A stretch of DNA of 49,557 nucleotides from a virus. Taxonomy: Duplodnaviria; Caudoviricetes. Under the pieces are notes generated by a model. It did not search any database. It was given only the letters and a program-made list of their open reading frames with translations, and was not told the origin of the DNA. Made by a program: the position numbers and the translations under genes. The stretch's first letter is position 1, and every line of letters begins with the position of its first letter. The stretch is from IMG/VR virus record IMGVR_UViG_3300037755_001060, positions 1 through 49,557 of that record; one strand, written 5' to 3'. This document shows, piece by piece, positions 8,107 through 16,959 of this stretch.

Positions 8107-9650
8107 GCCCCGTCCTCCACGTCATCAGGCCTGCCCTGCGTAGCCTCCGGCGAAGCAGGGTCGACGCCCCACCCCATCATGCCCTCGGCGCCCATCAGCT
8201 TCTCGAAATGCGCGCGGCACGCGTCGAGCTTCGGCAGCGCGTAGACCCACGGCCGGCGCGTCGTCGGCCGGCCCATCTCGTCGCTGTCGTGCACGGTCAC
8301 GCGCTTCCTCGGCATGACCTCGCCGCCCGGACGCTCCGGCGGCACGCGCTGGCGCAGATGCATCGCCAGCTGCTCCTCGCTCAGCTTGTGCTGCCGGCCG
8401 AGCCGCTCGGCGAACTGGTGATAGCTGCCGTAGAGCTCGGTGCCGACGACATAGGGCGGCCAGTGCTGCCAGCGCGCGGTCGGCGCGCCCTCCTTGAGGC
8501 GCTCGAGCCACCACATGTCGTGCGCGTCGAGGCTGTGGATCTTCTGGTCGACCAGCGCGCGCGTGCGCGGGATGGTGCGCACGTCGACCGAGTCGAGATC
8601 GAAGCGCAGCAGGTGCCCGAGCAGCGCCGCGCGCCCGCCCGCCTCCATCTCCGCATCGATCGCCGCGAAATAGGGCTTGTTCTGCATCGCCAGCTCGCCG
8701 ACCTGGAACACCGCCCAGCGCCGCTCCTCGAGCCCGGCCGGGATGGTCCACGCCTCGTTCGAGGTCATCAGCAGGCGCACATAGTTCGGCATCATCACCG
8801 CGTCGACGCCCTTCTTCTCGATCATGTGCATCTTCGACGTCACCAGACTTTTCAGCCGGCCGACCGATTTCTTGTCGCCTGCCCAGAAGCTCTCGTCCGA
8901 TTCGAGCAGCAGGCACGTCGCCATGTGCACGTTGAACTGGCCGGTGACGTAGCGCTCGCTGTCGACCAGCACGTAGTGGCGCGAGAACAGCGCGCCGATG
9001 ACCTCGCCGACCTTGGTCTTGCCGGTGCCCATCTTGCCCACGAGCGCGACCGCGGTGCCGATGCGCTCGGCCGGCCGCTGCACCATGTGCGCGAACCAGC
9101 CCATGAGCCAGGCGAAGAGATCGGCGTCGCCGCCGCAGACGTTGGCGCGCAGATGGTCGAGGAAGACAGGGCACGCCGTCTCGAGCGGCACGTCCGACGG
9201 CGCCACGTCGAAGCCGCGCCACAGATTCCACCAATCCTCGGGCGCGCCGTGCGGCGCGAATGTCAGGCCCAGGACGTCCCGCCGGTCGGGATGCTGCAGC
9301 CACGCCTGGCCCAGCGCGATCGGCTCGTCGCCGGTCTCGTACCACTCGTTGCCGTGCTGGATGCCGAAGGCGCGCGGCGAGATGATCTGCGTGATCATGC
9401 GGCCCGCCTCGTCCGGCCAGTCGCGCACCACCCGCGCCTCGCCGCCCAAGACGACGAGCGCATGCGTCCGGTTGAGGTGCAGGACGGCCATGGTGATCTC
9501 GTGCTGGCAGCGCGCCCGCTCCTCGGCCGCGCGGCGCTCGGCGATCTCGCGCTCGGCGCGCTCCTCCGGCGTCTCGGCGCGCTTGCGCGACCGCCCCGGC
9601 ATGAACGCCCGCGGCCCGCCATCGTCGTCTCCGCCCCGATCATCGGCCAT
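8103..9650 (-). CDS. DUF5906 primase-associated P-loop helicase
   Basis: W.NLWRGF, W.A..VQ.P, Walker A GKMGTGKT, Walker B LESDE, LK.LVT, TSN, ERRW.V. Confidence 0.9.
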   Translation of the reverse strand: MADDRGGDDDGGPRAFMPGRSRKRAETPEERAEREIAERRAAEERARCQHEITMAVLHLNRTHALVVLGGEARVVRDWPDEAGRMITQIISPRAFGIQHGNEWYETGDEPIALGQAWLQHPDRRDVLGLTFAPHGAPEDWWNLWRGFDVAPSDVPLETACPVFLDHLRANVCGGDADLFAWLMGWFAHMVQRPAERIGTAVALVGKMGTGKTKVGEVIGALFSRHYVLVDSERYVTGQFNVHMATCLLLESDESFWAGDKKSVGRLKSLVTSKMHMIEKKGVDAVMMPNYVRLLMTSNEAWTIPAGLEERRWAVFQVGELAMQNKPYFAAIDAEMEAGGRAALLGHLLRFDLDSVDVRTIPRTRALVDQKIHSLDAHDMWWLERLKEGAPTARWQHWPPYVVGTELYGSYHQFAERLGRQHKLSEEQLAMHLRQRVPPERPGGEVMPRKRVTVHDSDEMGRPTTRRPWVYALPKLDACRAHFEKLMGAEGMMGWGVDPASPEATQGRPDDVEDGA

Positions 9651-9679
9651 TCATTCACGCTCGACCCCGGTTTGGATTC

Positions 9680-9764
9680 ACAGGAGAAGGGGAGATAGGG
9701 AGAAAAAGCACCGCGCGCCCGCGGCGCGCAAAAATCCCTTCCTCCCCATCTCCCCTTCTCCTGT
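9680..9764. mobile_element. palindromic element family A (ACAGGAG...CTCCTGT), copy 1
   Basis: Purine-rich arm, inner CGCGC hairpin, pyrimidine-rich arm; related copies at 12886 and 24806. Confidence 0.75.
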
Positions 9765-9770
9765 AAATCT

Positions 9771-11183
9771 TCAAACCGACCCCCCGAACAAAGGTGTATC
9801 GGCACCGCTCACATGGTCCAGCCGGCGGCGGATGTCGGCCAGATACTCGGCCTCACGTTCGATCAGCAGCGCCCGCATGCCCTCGCGCAGGCACGCCATG
9901 CCGGTCGTGCCGGTGCCCGCGAACGGATCGAGCACCAGCCCGCCAGGCGGCGTCACCAGCCGCACCAGCCATGCCATCAAATCCACCGGCTTGACCGTCG
10001 GATGCTTCGACCCCAGACGGTCGCCCTCGTCCGCCTTGGCGCAATAGAAGAACCGCGCGGCGGAACCGGAGTCGGCGATCCCCGGAATCGATTTGCCGCC
10101 CGCACCGCCGTGGTAGCCGAACGAGCCATTGGGGTCGTTGACGCCGCCGATTTGCCCTGGTCCCGTCTCCGGAAACCCCGCCAGCACCTCCGGCGAGCCG
10201 TCACGCACGACGTTGGCCGGCCAGCGGCCGGTCCAAGCTCGGCCGGCGGCCTCGGCCGTCGTAAACCCGAAGTCGTCTTTCGTTCTGCCGTGCTGGCTAA
10301 TTTCTTCATCGCCGACCCGGCACCCGTCGATGTTCAGCGCCCCCGTGCCGTGCTTCAGCACCGTCTCCGCGACCGTCCCGTCGAGCGGCTTGCGCGCCAG
10401 CACGATCGGCTCCCACGCCGGCTTGAGTGCCGTGCCCCAGCCCGCCCATTGCTTCGCCGCCTCGCTCGACGGCGCGGTAATGGCGCGGTCGAAATACTCG
10501 GGCCCGTCGCGCGAGGCCGCGTTGATGCCGTCGCCCTGCCCGCGGCCATGGCCGTTGCGGATGTCGCGCACCCGCTCAGTCGCCACCGTCGCGCGCTCGA
10601 CGCCGGCCGCCCGGTCGATACCCTTGCTCACGTCGTGCGATTTCGGGAAGCCCGAGCCGTAGACCCATTCGAGCAGGCCGCCGAATTGCGAGTCCTCGAT
10701 GCAGCGCAGGAACGCCGCCGCCTGCTCGGCCGACAGCGTGTCGAGGAACGCGCGCACCGCGGTGTCGCCGGCCATCAGCTCGAGGATCGAGTCGCGGATC
10801 TCGAAGCCCGCGTCCTCGATGGCACAGGCCATGCGGTGATAGGTCCGCGTGCCGCCGAACGCGACCAGGTGCGCGCCTGGCTTCATGACGTCGAACGCGG
10901 CCCGCCAGGTCTCGACCCGGAACGCCACGTCGCCGCCATCCCAAACCTTGCCCATGAAACCCTTGGACGTGCGCGCGTAAGCCCCGCCCAAGCCCTGCGT
11001 AGCCCCCGGCGAAGCAGGGGGCACCTTGACCGCCGCGGCATCGGGCGCGCCGAACCGCTTGACGATCGAGGTCAGGTGATAGGGCGGATCGGTCACGACG
11101 GCATCGACCCGCACGCCCTCTTCCTTGAGCCGCGCCATGACCGCGACGCAATCCCCCGCCTCGATGCGCACGGCGTCAATCAT
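9771..11183 (-). CDS. N6-adenine/N4-cytosine DNA methyltransferase (beta class)
   Basis: VTDPPY at the N-terminus; HPTVKP..LM.WL..L..PPGG.VLDPF.G.GTT at the C-terminus. Confidence 0.93.
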   Translation of the reverse strand: MIDAVRIEAGDCVAVMARLKEEGVRVDAVVTDPPYHLTSIVKRFGAPDAAAVKVPPASPGATQGLGGAYARTSKGFMGKVWDGGDVAFRVETWRAAFDVMKPGAHLVAFGGTRTYHRMACAIEDAGFEIRDSILELMAGDTAVRAFLDTLSAEQAAAFLRCIEDSQFGGLLEWVYGSGFPKSHDVSKGIDRAAGVERATVATERVRDIRNGHGRGQGDGINAASRDGPEYFDRAITAPSSEAAKQWAGWGTALKPAWEPIVLARKPLDGTVAETVLKHGTGALNIDGCRVGDEEISQHGRTKDDFGFTTAEAAGRAWTGRWPANVVRDGSPEVLAGFPETGPGQIGGVNDPNGSFGYHGGAGGKSIPGIADSGSAARFFYCAKADEGDRLGSKHPTVKPVDLMAWLVRLVTPPGGLVLDPFAGTGTTGMACLREGMRALLIEREAEYLADIRRRLDHVSGADTPLFGGSV

Positions 11184-11202
11184 CACGGCCCCGCGAAGGC
11201 CC

Positions 11203-11291
11203 ACCACAGAGGCACAGAGACACAGAGGAGCACTCCCGCGCCGCTGCGCGGCGCAACGCACTTTTCCTCTGTGCCTCTGTGCCTCTGTGGT
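11203..11291. mobile_element. palindromic element family B (ACCACAGAGGCACAGAG...CTCTGTGCCTCTGTGGT), copy 1
   Basis: Long terminal inverted repeats between two MTase genes. Confidence 0.8.
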
Positions 11292-12359
11292 TCATCTTCC
11301 GTCGACCGTCACGGCCGCCAGCATGCCGCCGTCGGCGCGGATGCGCGCGGCGGCCATCGCGGCGAAATCCGGGTTGAGCTCGATCAGCACCGCGTCCCGC
11401 CCGAGCCGGTCGGCGACCAGCCCGGTCGTGCCCGCGCCGCCGAACGGGTCGAGCACGGCGCCGCCCTCGGGACAGCCGGCGCGGATGCATATCTCCGCGA
11501 CCAGGTCCGGCATCACCGCGAAATGCGCCTCCGAGAACTGCGCCGGCGGCACCCACCACACCGACCGCAGATTGGCGCCCATGGCCATCTGCTCGTCGCG
11601 CTCCATGGCGTCCCAGCGCTCGTTGAAACCCACATGGCGCCGGCCGTGGCCGCGCTGCTTGTCGCGCCGCGCTGGCGAATGGGCGATCTGCTCGGTGCTG
11701 TGGATGGTGCGCGACGGCGTATTCTCTGGACCGTATTTTATGCCGGCGGGCGACTCGTCCGGTTTCTTGAGCGCCGCCTGGAGGCGCGTCACCGTCGACG
11801 CCTTCGGCGCCGTCATCACCGCCTCGCGGTCGTAGCGGTAGACCTCGCTGCGGCTCAGCAGGAACACGTATTCGTGGCCGCGCGTCGGCCGGTCGGTCAC
11901 AGGCTCCGGCATGCCGTTCGGCTTCGCCCAGACATGATCGCCGCGCAGCCACCACCCGTCCGCGCGCAGCGCGAACGCCACCGCCCACGGGATGCCGACC
12001 AGATCCTTGGGCTTGAGGCCGGTAATCCGTTTCTCGCGGCCGACCCTTCGGCGACTTGCGGCGTCCAGATAAGCCTGCTTGCCGCCGGTCTCGCCGCCGA
12101 ACTTGCCATCGTTGGCGTAGCTGTCGCCGAGATTCAGCCACAGCGTACCGTCGGCCCTGAGCACCCGGCGCGCGGCGCGGAATACCTCGACCAGCGCCGC
12201 GACATAGGCGTCGGGCGTCGCCTCGATGCCGATCTGCCCGGCGACACCGTAGTCGCGCAGCCGCCAATAGGGCGGCGAGGTCACGATGCACTGCACCGAC
12301 TCCGCCGGCATCGCCGCCAGCCGCGCGCGCACGTCGCCGATGAGGATGCGGACGCTCAT
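11292..12359 (-). CDS. N4-cytosine/N6-adenine DNA methyltransferase (SPPY type)
   Basis: VTSPPYW, W.NLGDSY, W.KPN.MPE.V.DR, AHFA..P, VLDPFGGAGTT. Confidence 0.93.
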   Translation of the reverse strand: MSVRILIGDVRARLAAMPAESVQCIVTSPPYWRLRDYGVAGQIGIEATPDAYVAALVEVFRAARRVLRADGTLWLNLGDSYANDGKFGGETGGKQAYLDAASRRRVGREKRITGLKPKDLVGIPWAVAFALRADGWWLRGDHVWAKPNGMPEPVTDRPTRGHEYVFLLSRSEVYRYDREAVMTAPKASTVTRLQAALKKPDESPAGIKYGPENTPSRTIHSTEQIAHSPARRDKQRGHGRRHVGFNERWDAMERDEQMAMGANLRSVWWVPPAQFSEAHFAVMPDLVAEICIRAGCPEGGAVLDPFGGAGTTGLVADRLGRDAVLIELNPDFAAMAAARIRADGGMLAAVTVDGR

Positions 12360-12387
12360 GGCGCGCCGTAGCCCTGGCGAAGGCGGC

Positions 12388-12858
12388 TCAAAACGGAATC
12401 TCGTCGTCGAACGGATCGACCGGCGGCCTCGGTGCCGGTGCCGCGCCGCCGGCGGGCGGTGCTTCGCCTTCGCCCGATGCAGGGGCGCCCTGCGAAGCGT
12501 TCCGCGAAGCAGGGTCCATCATCGTGAGCTCGCCGCGGAACTTCGCCAGCACCACCTCGGTCGTGTATTTCTCGACGCCGGCCTGGTCGGTCCATTTGCG
12601 CGTCTGGAGCTGGCCCTCGACATAGACCTTCGCGCCCTTCGTCAGGTAGCGCGACGCAACGTTGGCCAGGTGCTCGTTCCAGATCACGATGCGGTGCCAC
12701 TCGGTGCGCTCGCGCCGTTCTCCGGTCGCCTTGTCGCGCCACGATTCCGACGTCGCCAGCGACAGGTTGACGACCGGGTCGCCGGCGCCCGTGTGCCGCA
12801 CCTCCGGATCGCGCCCCAGATGGCCGATCAGGATCACCTTGTTGACGCTACCGGCCAT
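12388..12858 (-). CDS. ssb: single-stranded DNA-binding protein
   Basis: [19 protein letters not shown]...LATSESW.DK...TEWH, C-terminal DDEIPF. Confidence 0.98.
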   Translation of the reverse strand: MAGSVNKVILIGHLGRDPEVRHTGAGDPVVNLSLATSESWRDKATGERRERTEWHRIVIWNEHLANVASRYLTKGAKVYVEGQLQTRKWTDQAGVEKYTTEVVLAKFRGELTMMDPASRNASQGAPASGEGEAPPAGGAAPAPRPPVDPFDDEIPF

Positions 12859-12885
12859 GCCGACTCCTCTGCCGCGAAAGAATGA

Positions 12886-12968
12886 ACAGGAGATGGGGAG
12901 ATGGGGAGCAGGGATACCGCGCGCCGTCGGCGCGCCGGCTCTTTTCTCCCCTTCTCCCCGCCTCCTGT
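12886..12968. mobile_element. palindromic element family A, copy 2
   Basis: ACAGGAGATGGGGAG...CTCCCCGCCTCCTGT. Confidence 0.75.
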
Positions 12969-12975
12969 GAAACCA

Positions 12976-13467
12976 TCACCGCGCGCCGCCCTTCGGGATC
13001 ACGCGCCCGCCGGTCGAGGCCATCGGATAGGCGTCGAGATAGGGGCTGTCGTGGCGCGCGCTGGTGTGCTTGCAGCGCTCGCAGATCCGGTTGCCCGCAT
13101 GCGTCGACCAGAACAGCCCGCCATGTTTCAGGCAGCGCCGCTTCTTGCGCGTCTCGGCCGGCGCGGTCGCGAGCCCGGCGCGGCGCGCCTCGGCGCGCTC
13201 GACGGCGGCCACCGCCTCCGCCGGCGAGCGGCCCTGCTGCTGGTCGGTCGTGACCCGGCCATAGACCTGGCTCGGCGCCAGCCCCGGCGCCGCCGCGATC
13301 GCCGGCACGCCCCAGCCCTCGCCCTTCATGGCATAGAGCGCGCGCACCCGCTCCGCCGTCCAGGTGATCCGCCCTCCTTCGCGCCTGGCGGCGCTTCGGA
13401 GGGCAGGCCCTCCTGCATCAAACTCCCGGAGGGCCTGCCCGCCGTAGCCTTGGCGACGGCGGGTCAT
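12976..13467 (-). CDS. GcrA-like N-terminal HTH fused to a Zn finger
   Basis: WTAERV..L....G.....IA...G.....V.GR, then RRCL.H...F.S...GNRIC..CK. The first ~30 aa are encoded by family C palindromes. Confidence 0.65.
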   Translation of the reverse strand: MTRRRQGYGGQALREFDAGGPALRSAARREGGRITWTAERVRALYAMKGEGWGVPAIAAAPGLAPSQVYGRVTTDQQQGRSPAEAVAAVERAEARRAGLATAPAETRKKRRCLKHGGLFWSTHAGNRICERCKHTSARHDSPYLDAYPMASTGGRVIPKGGAR

Positions 13468-14801
13468 GCCGCCCGCTCCCTGAGGATGCCGTCGACCAGA
13501 TCGATGCGCTCGCCGATGCGGCGCACGACCGGCACGGCCTTGGAGTTGCCGAGCGCCTTGTAGCGCGGCCCGTCCGGGCACCGCCCGGCCGGCCGCCCGC
13601 GCCACGGGATCAAGGTATAGTCGTCCGGGAAGCCCTGCAGCCGCTCGCACTCGCGCGGCGTCAGCCGCCGCACCGCCATGCCGTCGCGGATCGCCGGATA
13701 GCTCTGCCCCGGCTTGCGGCCGCCGGACTTGAGCGAGTCGGCGACATCCTTCTCCAGCACCTCGTCGCGGCTGTTCTGCGCGAACGCGACCGCGACAGTG
13801 CCGGCATCGGTGTCGAGGGGCGGCGACGTCTCGCCCATCTCGAACGAATCCTGACGCGCGTGCATCGCCACCGCGTGCCGGCTGTCCGCGCCGAGTGTGA
13901 ACATCGGGTCGCCGGGATCGCCGCTGCCGTCACCGGCCTTGCTGTCCGTCGACGACGCACCCGTGCGCTTGCCGCTTTCCAGGATCGGCACGGCAACCAA
14001 CGGCGTGCCGCGGCCGGTGCCATCTTCCGATGCATCGAAGCCATCGGCGCGCAGCGAATGAGCGATCAGCAGCCCGCCCTCGGCATCCTGCTGCGTTGCG
14101 CTGCCCGCCGCCTTTCCGTTCGCCGATATAGTGCCAACGACGGCGATCCGGTTGTCGGCGGTGTCGGCGTCGTTCCGGACGCCGCCGCTGCTTCGAGAGC
14201 CCGCCGCAATTGGCCGGGCAATTCCTTCCCCCGCTTCGCGGCGCGGCGCAGGATCCCCGCGCAGGCTTTCGGGCTCAAAAAGTACCGCGGCGGCAGGGCG
14301 CCAGTTTCCAAGATGGCCGACAAGGAAGACGCGCCGGCGCCGCTGAGGCACTCCGAAGTGCTGAGCGTCAAGGATTCGCCAGGCCCACCCATACCCGAGT
14401 TGCCCCACGAGCCCGAGGATGGCTCCGAACGTCCGTCCGCCGTCGATCGACAGGACGCCGGGCACGTTCTCCCAGACCAGCCAGCGGGGGCGAAGGCGTC
14501 GAGCCAGGGCAAGATACTCGAGCGTGAGGTTGCCGCGCGCATCGTCCAGTCCCGCGCGCTTTCCGGCGACACTGAACGACTGGCACGGGGTGCCGGCCAC
14601 GAGAAGGTCGATTGGCTCATAGTCGCCTTCCTGGATCGTGGTGAAATCGCCGTGCAGCGGCACGCCCGGCCAGCGATGCGCCAGCACCGCGCGCGGGAAC
14701 GCCTCGATCTCGGCGAAGAACGCCGGCCGCCAGCCGAGCGGATGCCACGCCACCGTCGCCGCCTCGATGCCCGAGCAGACGCTGCCGTAGACCAGCGGCA
14801 T
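13464..14801 (-). CDS. C5-cytosine DNA methyltransferase
   Basis: SVCSGIEA, GTPCQSFS, WENVPG, PQRRRRVF, RRLTPRECERLQGFPD, ALGNS. Confidence 0.95.
   Translation of the reverse strand: MPLVYGSVCSGIEAATVAWHPLGWRPAFFAEIEAFPRAVLAHRWPGVPLHGDFTTIQEGDYEPIDLLVAGTPCQSFSVAGKRAGLDDARGNLTLEYLALARRLRPRWLVWENVPGVLSIDGGRTFGAILGLVGQLGYGWAWRILDAQHFGVPQRRRRVFLVGHLGNWRPAAAVLFEPESLRGDPAPRREAGEGIARPIAAGSRSSGGVRNDADTADNRIAVVGTISANGKAAGSATQQDAEGGLLIAHSLRADGFDASEDGTGRGTPLVAVPILESGKRTGASSTDSKAGDGSGDPGDPMFTLGADSRHAVAMHARQDSFEMGETSPPLDTDAGTVAVAFAQNSRDEVLEKDVADSLKSGGRKPGQSYPAIRDGMAVRRLTPRECERLQGFPDDYTLIPWRGRPAGRCPDGPRYKALGNSKAVPVVRRIGERIDLVDGILRERAA
14066..14620 (-). CDS. alternative-frame ORF nested in the C5 MTase (EcoHK31I beta-polypeptide-like)
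   Basis: W.NSGM...GE......E......SLS.ILE......YFLS..AC.GILRRA..RGK.LP..L..AL resembles the nested beta subunit of heterodimeric MTases. Confidence 0.6.
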   Translation of the reverse strand: MSQSTFSWPAPRASRSVSPESARDWTMRAATSRSSILPWLDAFAPAGWSGRTCPASCRSTADGRSEPSSGSWGNSGMGGPGESLTLSTSECLSGAGASSLSAILETGALPPRYFLSPKACAGILRRAAKRGKELPGQLRRALEAAAASGTTPTPPTTGSPSLALYRRTERRRAAQRSRMPRAGC

Positions 14802-15085
14802 CACTCGCTCCCGCGATAGCAGCGCGCGCGGTGCGCGGCGCAATAGGGCGAGCGGCGGCCGCCCGGATGATCGGCCGTCGGCGCGCCGCAGAACGTGTAG
14901 GGATGCGCCTCGCCCTCCGGATACTGGCAGCGCGCCGCCGGCGCCGCCGCCAGCCCGACCGGATATTTGAGCACCAGCCCGAGCCCGAGCCGCCGCGCCA
15001 GCGCCGCGTGCTGCCCGGCGCGCCGCGTCGCGTTGCTGTCCTTGGGATAGGACGACCCTCCGGAGCCTTGGCGCAGGATGGTCAT
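14801..15085 (-). CDS. GcrA C-terminal domain protein
   Basis: CQYPEGE....TFCG.......SPYC..H...CY. Confidence 0.75.
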   Translation of the reverse strand: MTILRQGSGGSSYPKDSNATRRAGQHAALARRLGLGLVLKYPVGLAAAPAARCQYPEGEAHPYTFCGAPTADHPGGRRSPYCAAHRARCYRGSE

Positions 15086-15522
15086 GCGCCGCCTCCCGAC
15101 TTCGCCATCCGGTCGTACAGCACGACATTGACCGTCGCGGCGAGGTTCATGCAGTAGCGCGTCGGCACCATCACCCGGTCGCGGCAGCGCGCGACGACCC
15201 GCTCGTCCAAGGTCGCGTCCTCCGCGCCGAAGATGTACATGGCGCGCTCCGGATGCTGGTAGCGCGGCAGCGGCACCGCGCCCTCCAACAGATCGACCGC
15301 GACAGCCGTGCAGCCATAGGGCAAGCCGTCGAACACGTCCGCCAGGCCGTGCACGACCGGGACATGGCGCCACGCCTTATGGGTGTCCGGGTTCTCCTTG
15401 CGGAACCGTCCACCGGCGACGACCAGCAGCGTCGCGCCGTAGCAGCCGATCGCGCGCATCACCGCGCCGACATTGCCGCCGTATTTCGGATCGACCAGCG
15501 CGACGCAGGCATAGCCGCGCAT
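15082..15522 (-). CDS. SpoU/TrmH family RNA methyltransferase
   Basis: L.DPK..GNVGA.MRA, YIFGAED, CMNLAATVNVVLYDR (SPOUT motifs). Confidence 0.9.
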   Translation of the reverse strand: MRGYACVALVDPKYGGNVGAVMRAIGCYGATLLVVAGGRFRKENPDTHKAWRHVPVVHGLADVFDGLPYGCTAVAVDLLEGAVPLPRYQHPERAMYIFGAEDATLDERVVARCRDRVMVPTRYCMNLAATVNVVLYDRMAKSGGGA

Positions 15523-15806
15523 CACGCCCGCCCCGCCGCCGGCGCGAGCACGGCGGCGATCTGCGCGGCGTAGCGCTCGACCGCGGGACGCAGCTGCGCC
15601 TCGACGCCGTCGACCAGCCTCGCGCGCGTGTCGGCGCACGGGATGTGCGCGATCTGCGTCGCCAGAATGGTCCCGAGCGCGTTGAGCACCTCGATATGCG
15701 GCACGCCGTCGTTCAGCAGATCGACGCACAGCATCGCCACCCGCACCGCCGGCGCGTCGGCCGCCGAGCCGTCCGTCACCGTCATGCTGACCGGTCCGTC
15801 GGTCAT
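15522..15806 (-). CDS. hypothetical protein
   Basis: Coupled ORF MTDGPVS.... Confidence 0.55.
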   Translation of the reverse strand: MTDGPVSMTVTDGSAADAPAVRVAMLCVDLLNDGVPHIEVLNALGTILATQIAHIPCADTRARLVDGVEAQLRPAVERYAAQIAAVLAPAAGRA

Positions 15807-16204
15807 GCGCTGCCCTCCTTCGCGCCTTGCGGCGCTTCGGAGGGCGGGCGCTCCGGCCGATCGAGCGGCGATCGCAAGGCGACCAGCAGCGCGATGCAGA
15901 AGGCGAGCGCGGGCGTCGCGGCCCGCTCGAACCCGCGGACGCGGGCGTCCGGCCGGCCGACCCACGCCATGCCGCGCGACTCGACGTCCCACATCAGATG
16001 CGACGGCACGACGCGCGCGGCCGCCGACAGCGACCGCGTGAAGTGGCAGCGGCGCGGCAGCAGGCCGTAGCCGGCATACTGGCCGTCCTCGTCCGGCGAC
16101 CAGGCGATGCCGCAGGCCGCCGCGAAATCCCGGTCCAGCGCACCGTCGCCCGCGGTCGCCTTGCGCAGCCGGTCGATCAGATCGTCGACGTCGATGCCGG
16201 TCAT
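15803..16204 (-). CDS. phage ABA-sandwich-like protein, paralog 2
   Basis: MTGIDVDDLIDRLRKA...FTRSLSAAARVVP...AATPALAFCIALL. Confidence 0.75.
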   Translation of the reverse strand: MTGIDVDDLIDRLRKATAGDGALDRDFAAACGIAWSPDEDGQYAGYGLLPRRCHFTRSLSAAARVVPSHLMWDVESRGMAWVGRPDARVRGFERAATPALAFCIALLVALRSPLDRPERPPSEAPQGAKEGSA

Positions 16205-16587
16205 GTGCCGCCCTCCGGCCGATCGAGCGGCGTTCGCAAGGCGACCAGCAGCGCGATGCAGAAGGCGAGCTCGGACGTCGCGGCCCGCTCGAACCCGCGG
16301 ACGCGGGCGTCCGGCCGGCCGACCCACGCCATGCTGCCCGACGACACGGTCCATACCAGATGCGCCGGCACGACGCGCGCGACCGCCGACAGCGACGTCG
16401 TGTAGCGCGCCGGCTCGACCCAATGGCCGCTGATCGAGCCGCAGCCGGGCACGCGCACCCGCCCGCCCTCGGCGTAAATGTCGGTGCTGCCGGATTGCGC
16501 GACCGCGAACGCGGCATCGAGCTCGCGGCTGCCCGCGCTCGCCTTGCGCAGCCGGTCGATCAGATCGTCGACGTCGATGCCGGTCAT
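16201..16587 (-). CDS. phage ABA-sandwich-like protein, paralog 1
   Basis: Same N- and C-termini as 15803-16204; YTTSLSAVARVVP. Confidence 0.75.
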   Translation of the reverse strand: MTGIDVDDLIDRLRKASAGSRELDAAFAVAQSGSTDIYAEGGRVRVPGCGSISGHWVEPARYTTSLSAVARVVPAHLVWTVSSGSMAWVGRPDARVRGFERAATSELAFCIALLVALRTPLDRPEGGT

Positions 16588-16612
16588 GTGCCGCCTCCTC
16601 GCCGTCAGCCGG

Positions 16613-16918
16613 TCAGGGCTTGGCCGACGCCGGCTTCTCGGCCGGGCCGACCGTCGTCCGCTTGCGGCCGGCGCCGGCCGCCGCCGCGGCCGGCGGCTCG
16701 AAGCCGGGCAGCGGCATGACGCGCTTGTGGTCGGTCACCTCGAGCCGGTTATGGTCGAACCAGAACTGCTCGCCAGGCTTGCCGTCCTTGCCGATTCCGG
16801 GGTTGATCGTCACCTGGACGCAGCCGTAGAGATCGAAGGCCACCGACACCGCGAGGCCCTTGAACCCGCTGACCCGGTCGCGCACGCGCTTGCCGAGGAT
16901 GTCCATGTAGTGCTGCAT
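16613..16918 (-). CDS. conserved phage protein (SH3-like)
   Basis: LG.RVRD.VSGFKG......LYGC.Q....P...DGK....WFD..RL. Confidence 0.75.
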   Translation of the reverse strand: MQHYMDILGKRVRDRVSGFKGLAVSVAFDLYGCVQVTINPGIGKDGKPGEQFWFDHNRLEVTDHKRVMPLPGFEPPAAAAAGAGRKRTTVGPAEKPASAKP

Positions 16919-16959
16919 GACGGTCTCCCTTGCTTCGGTTGATGACGCCACCATTCCCG

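Noticed and set aside
9771-14801. Restriction-modification system
   Set aside because: No restriction endonuclease is recognisable; orphan MTases are common in temperate phages.
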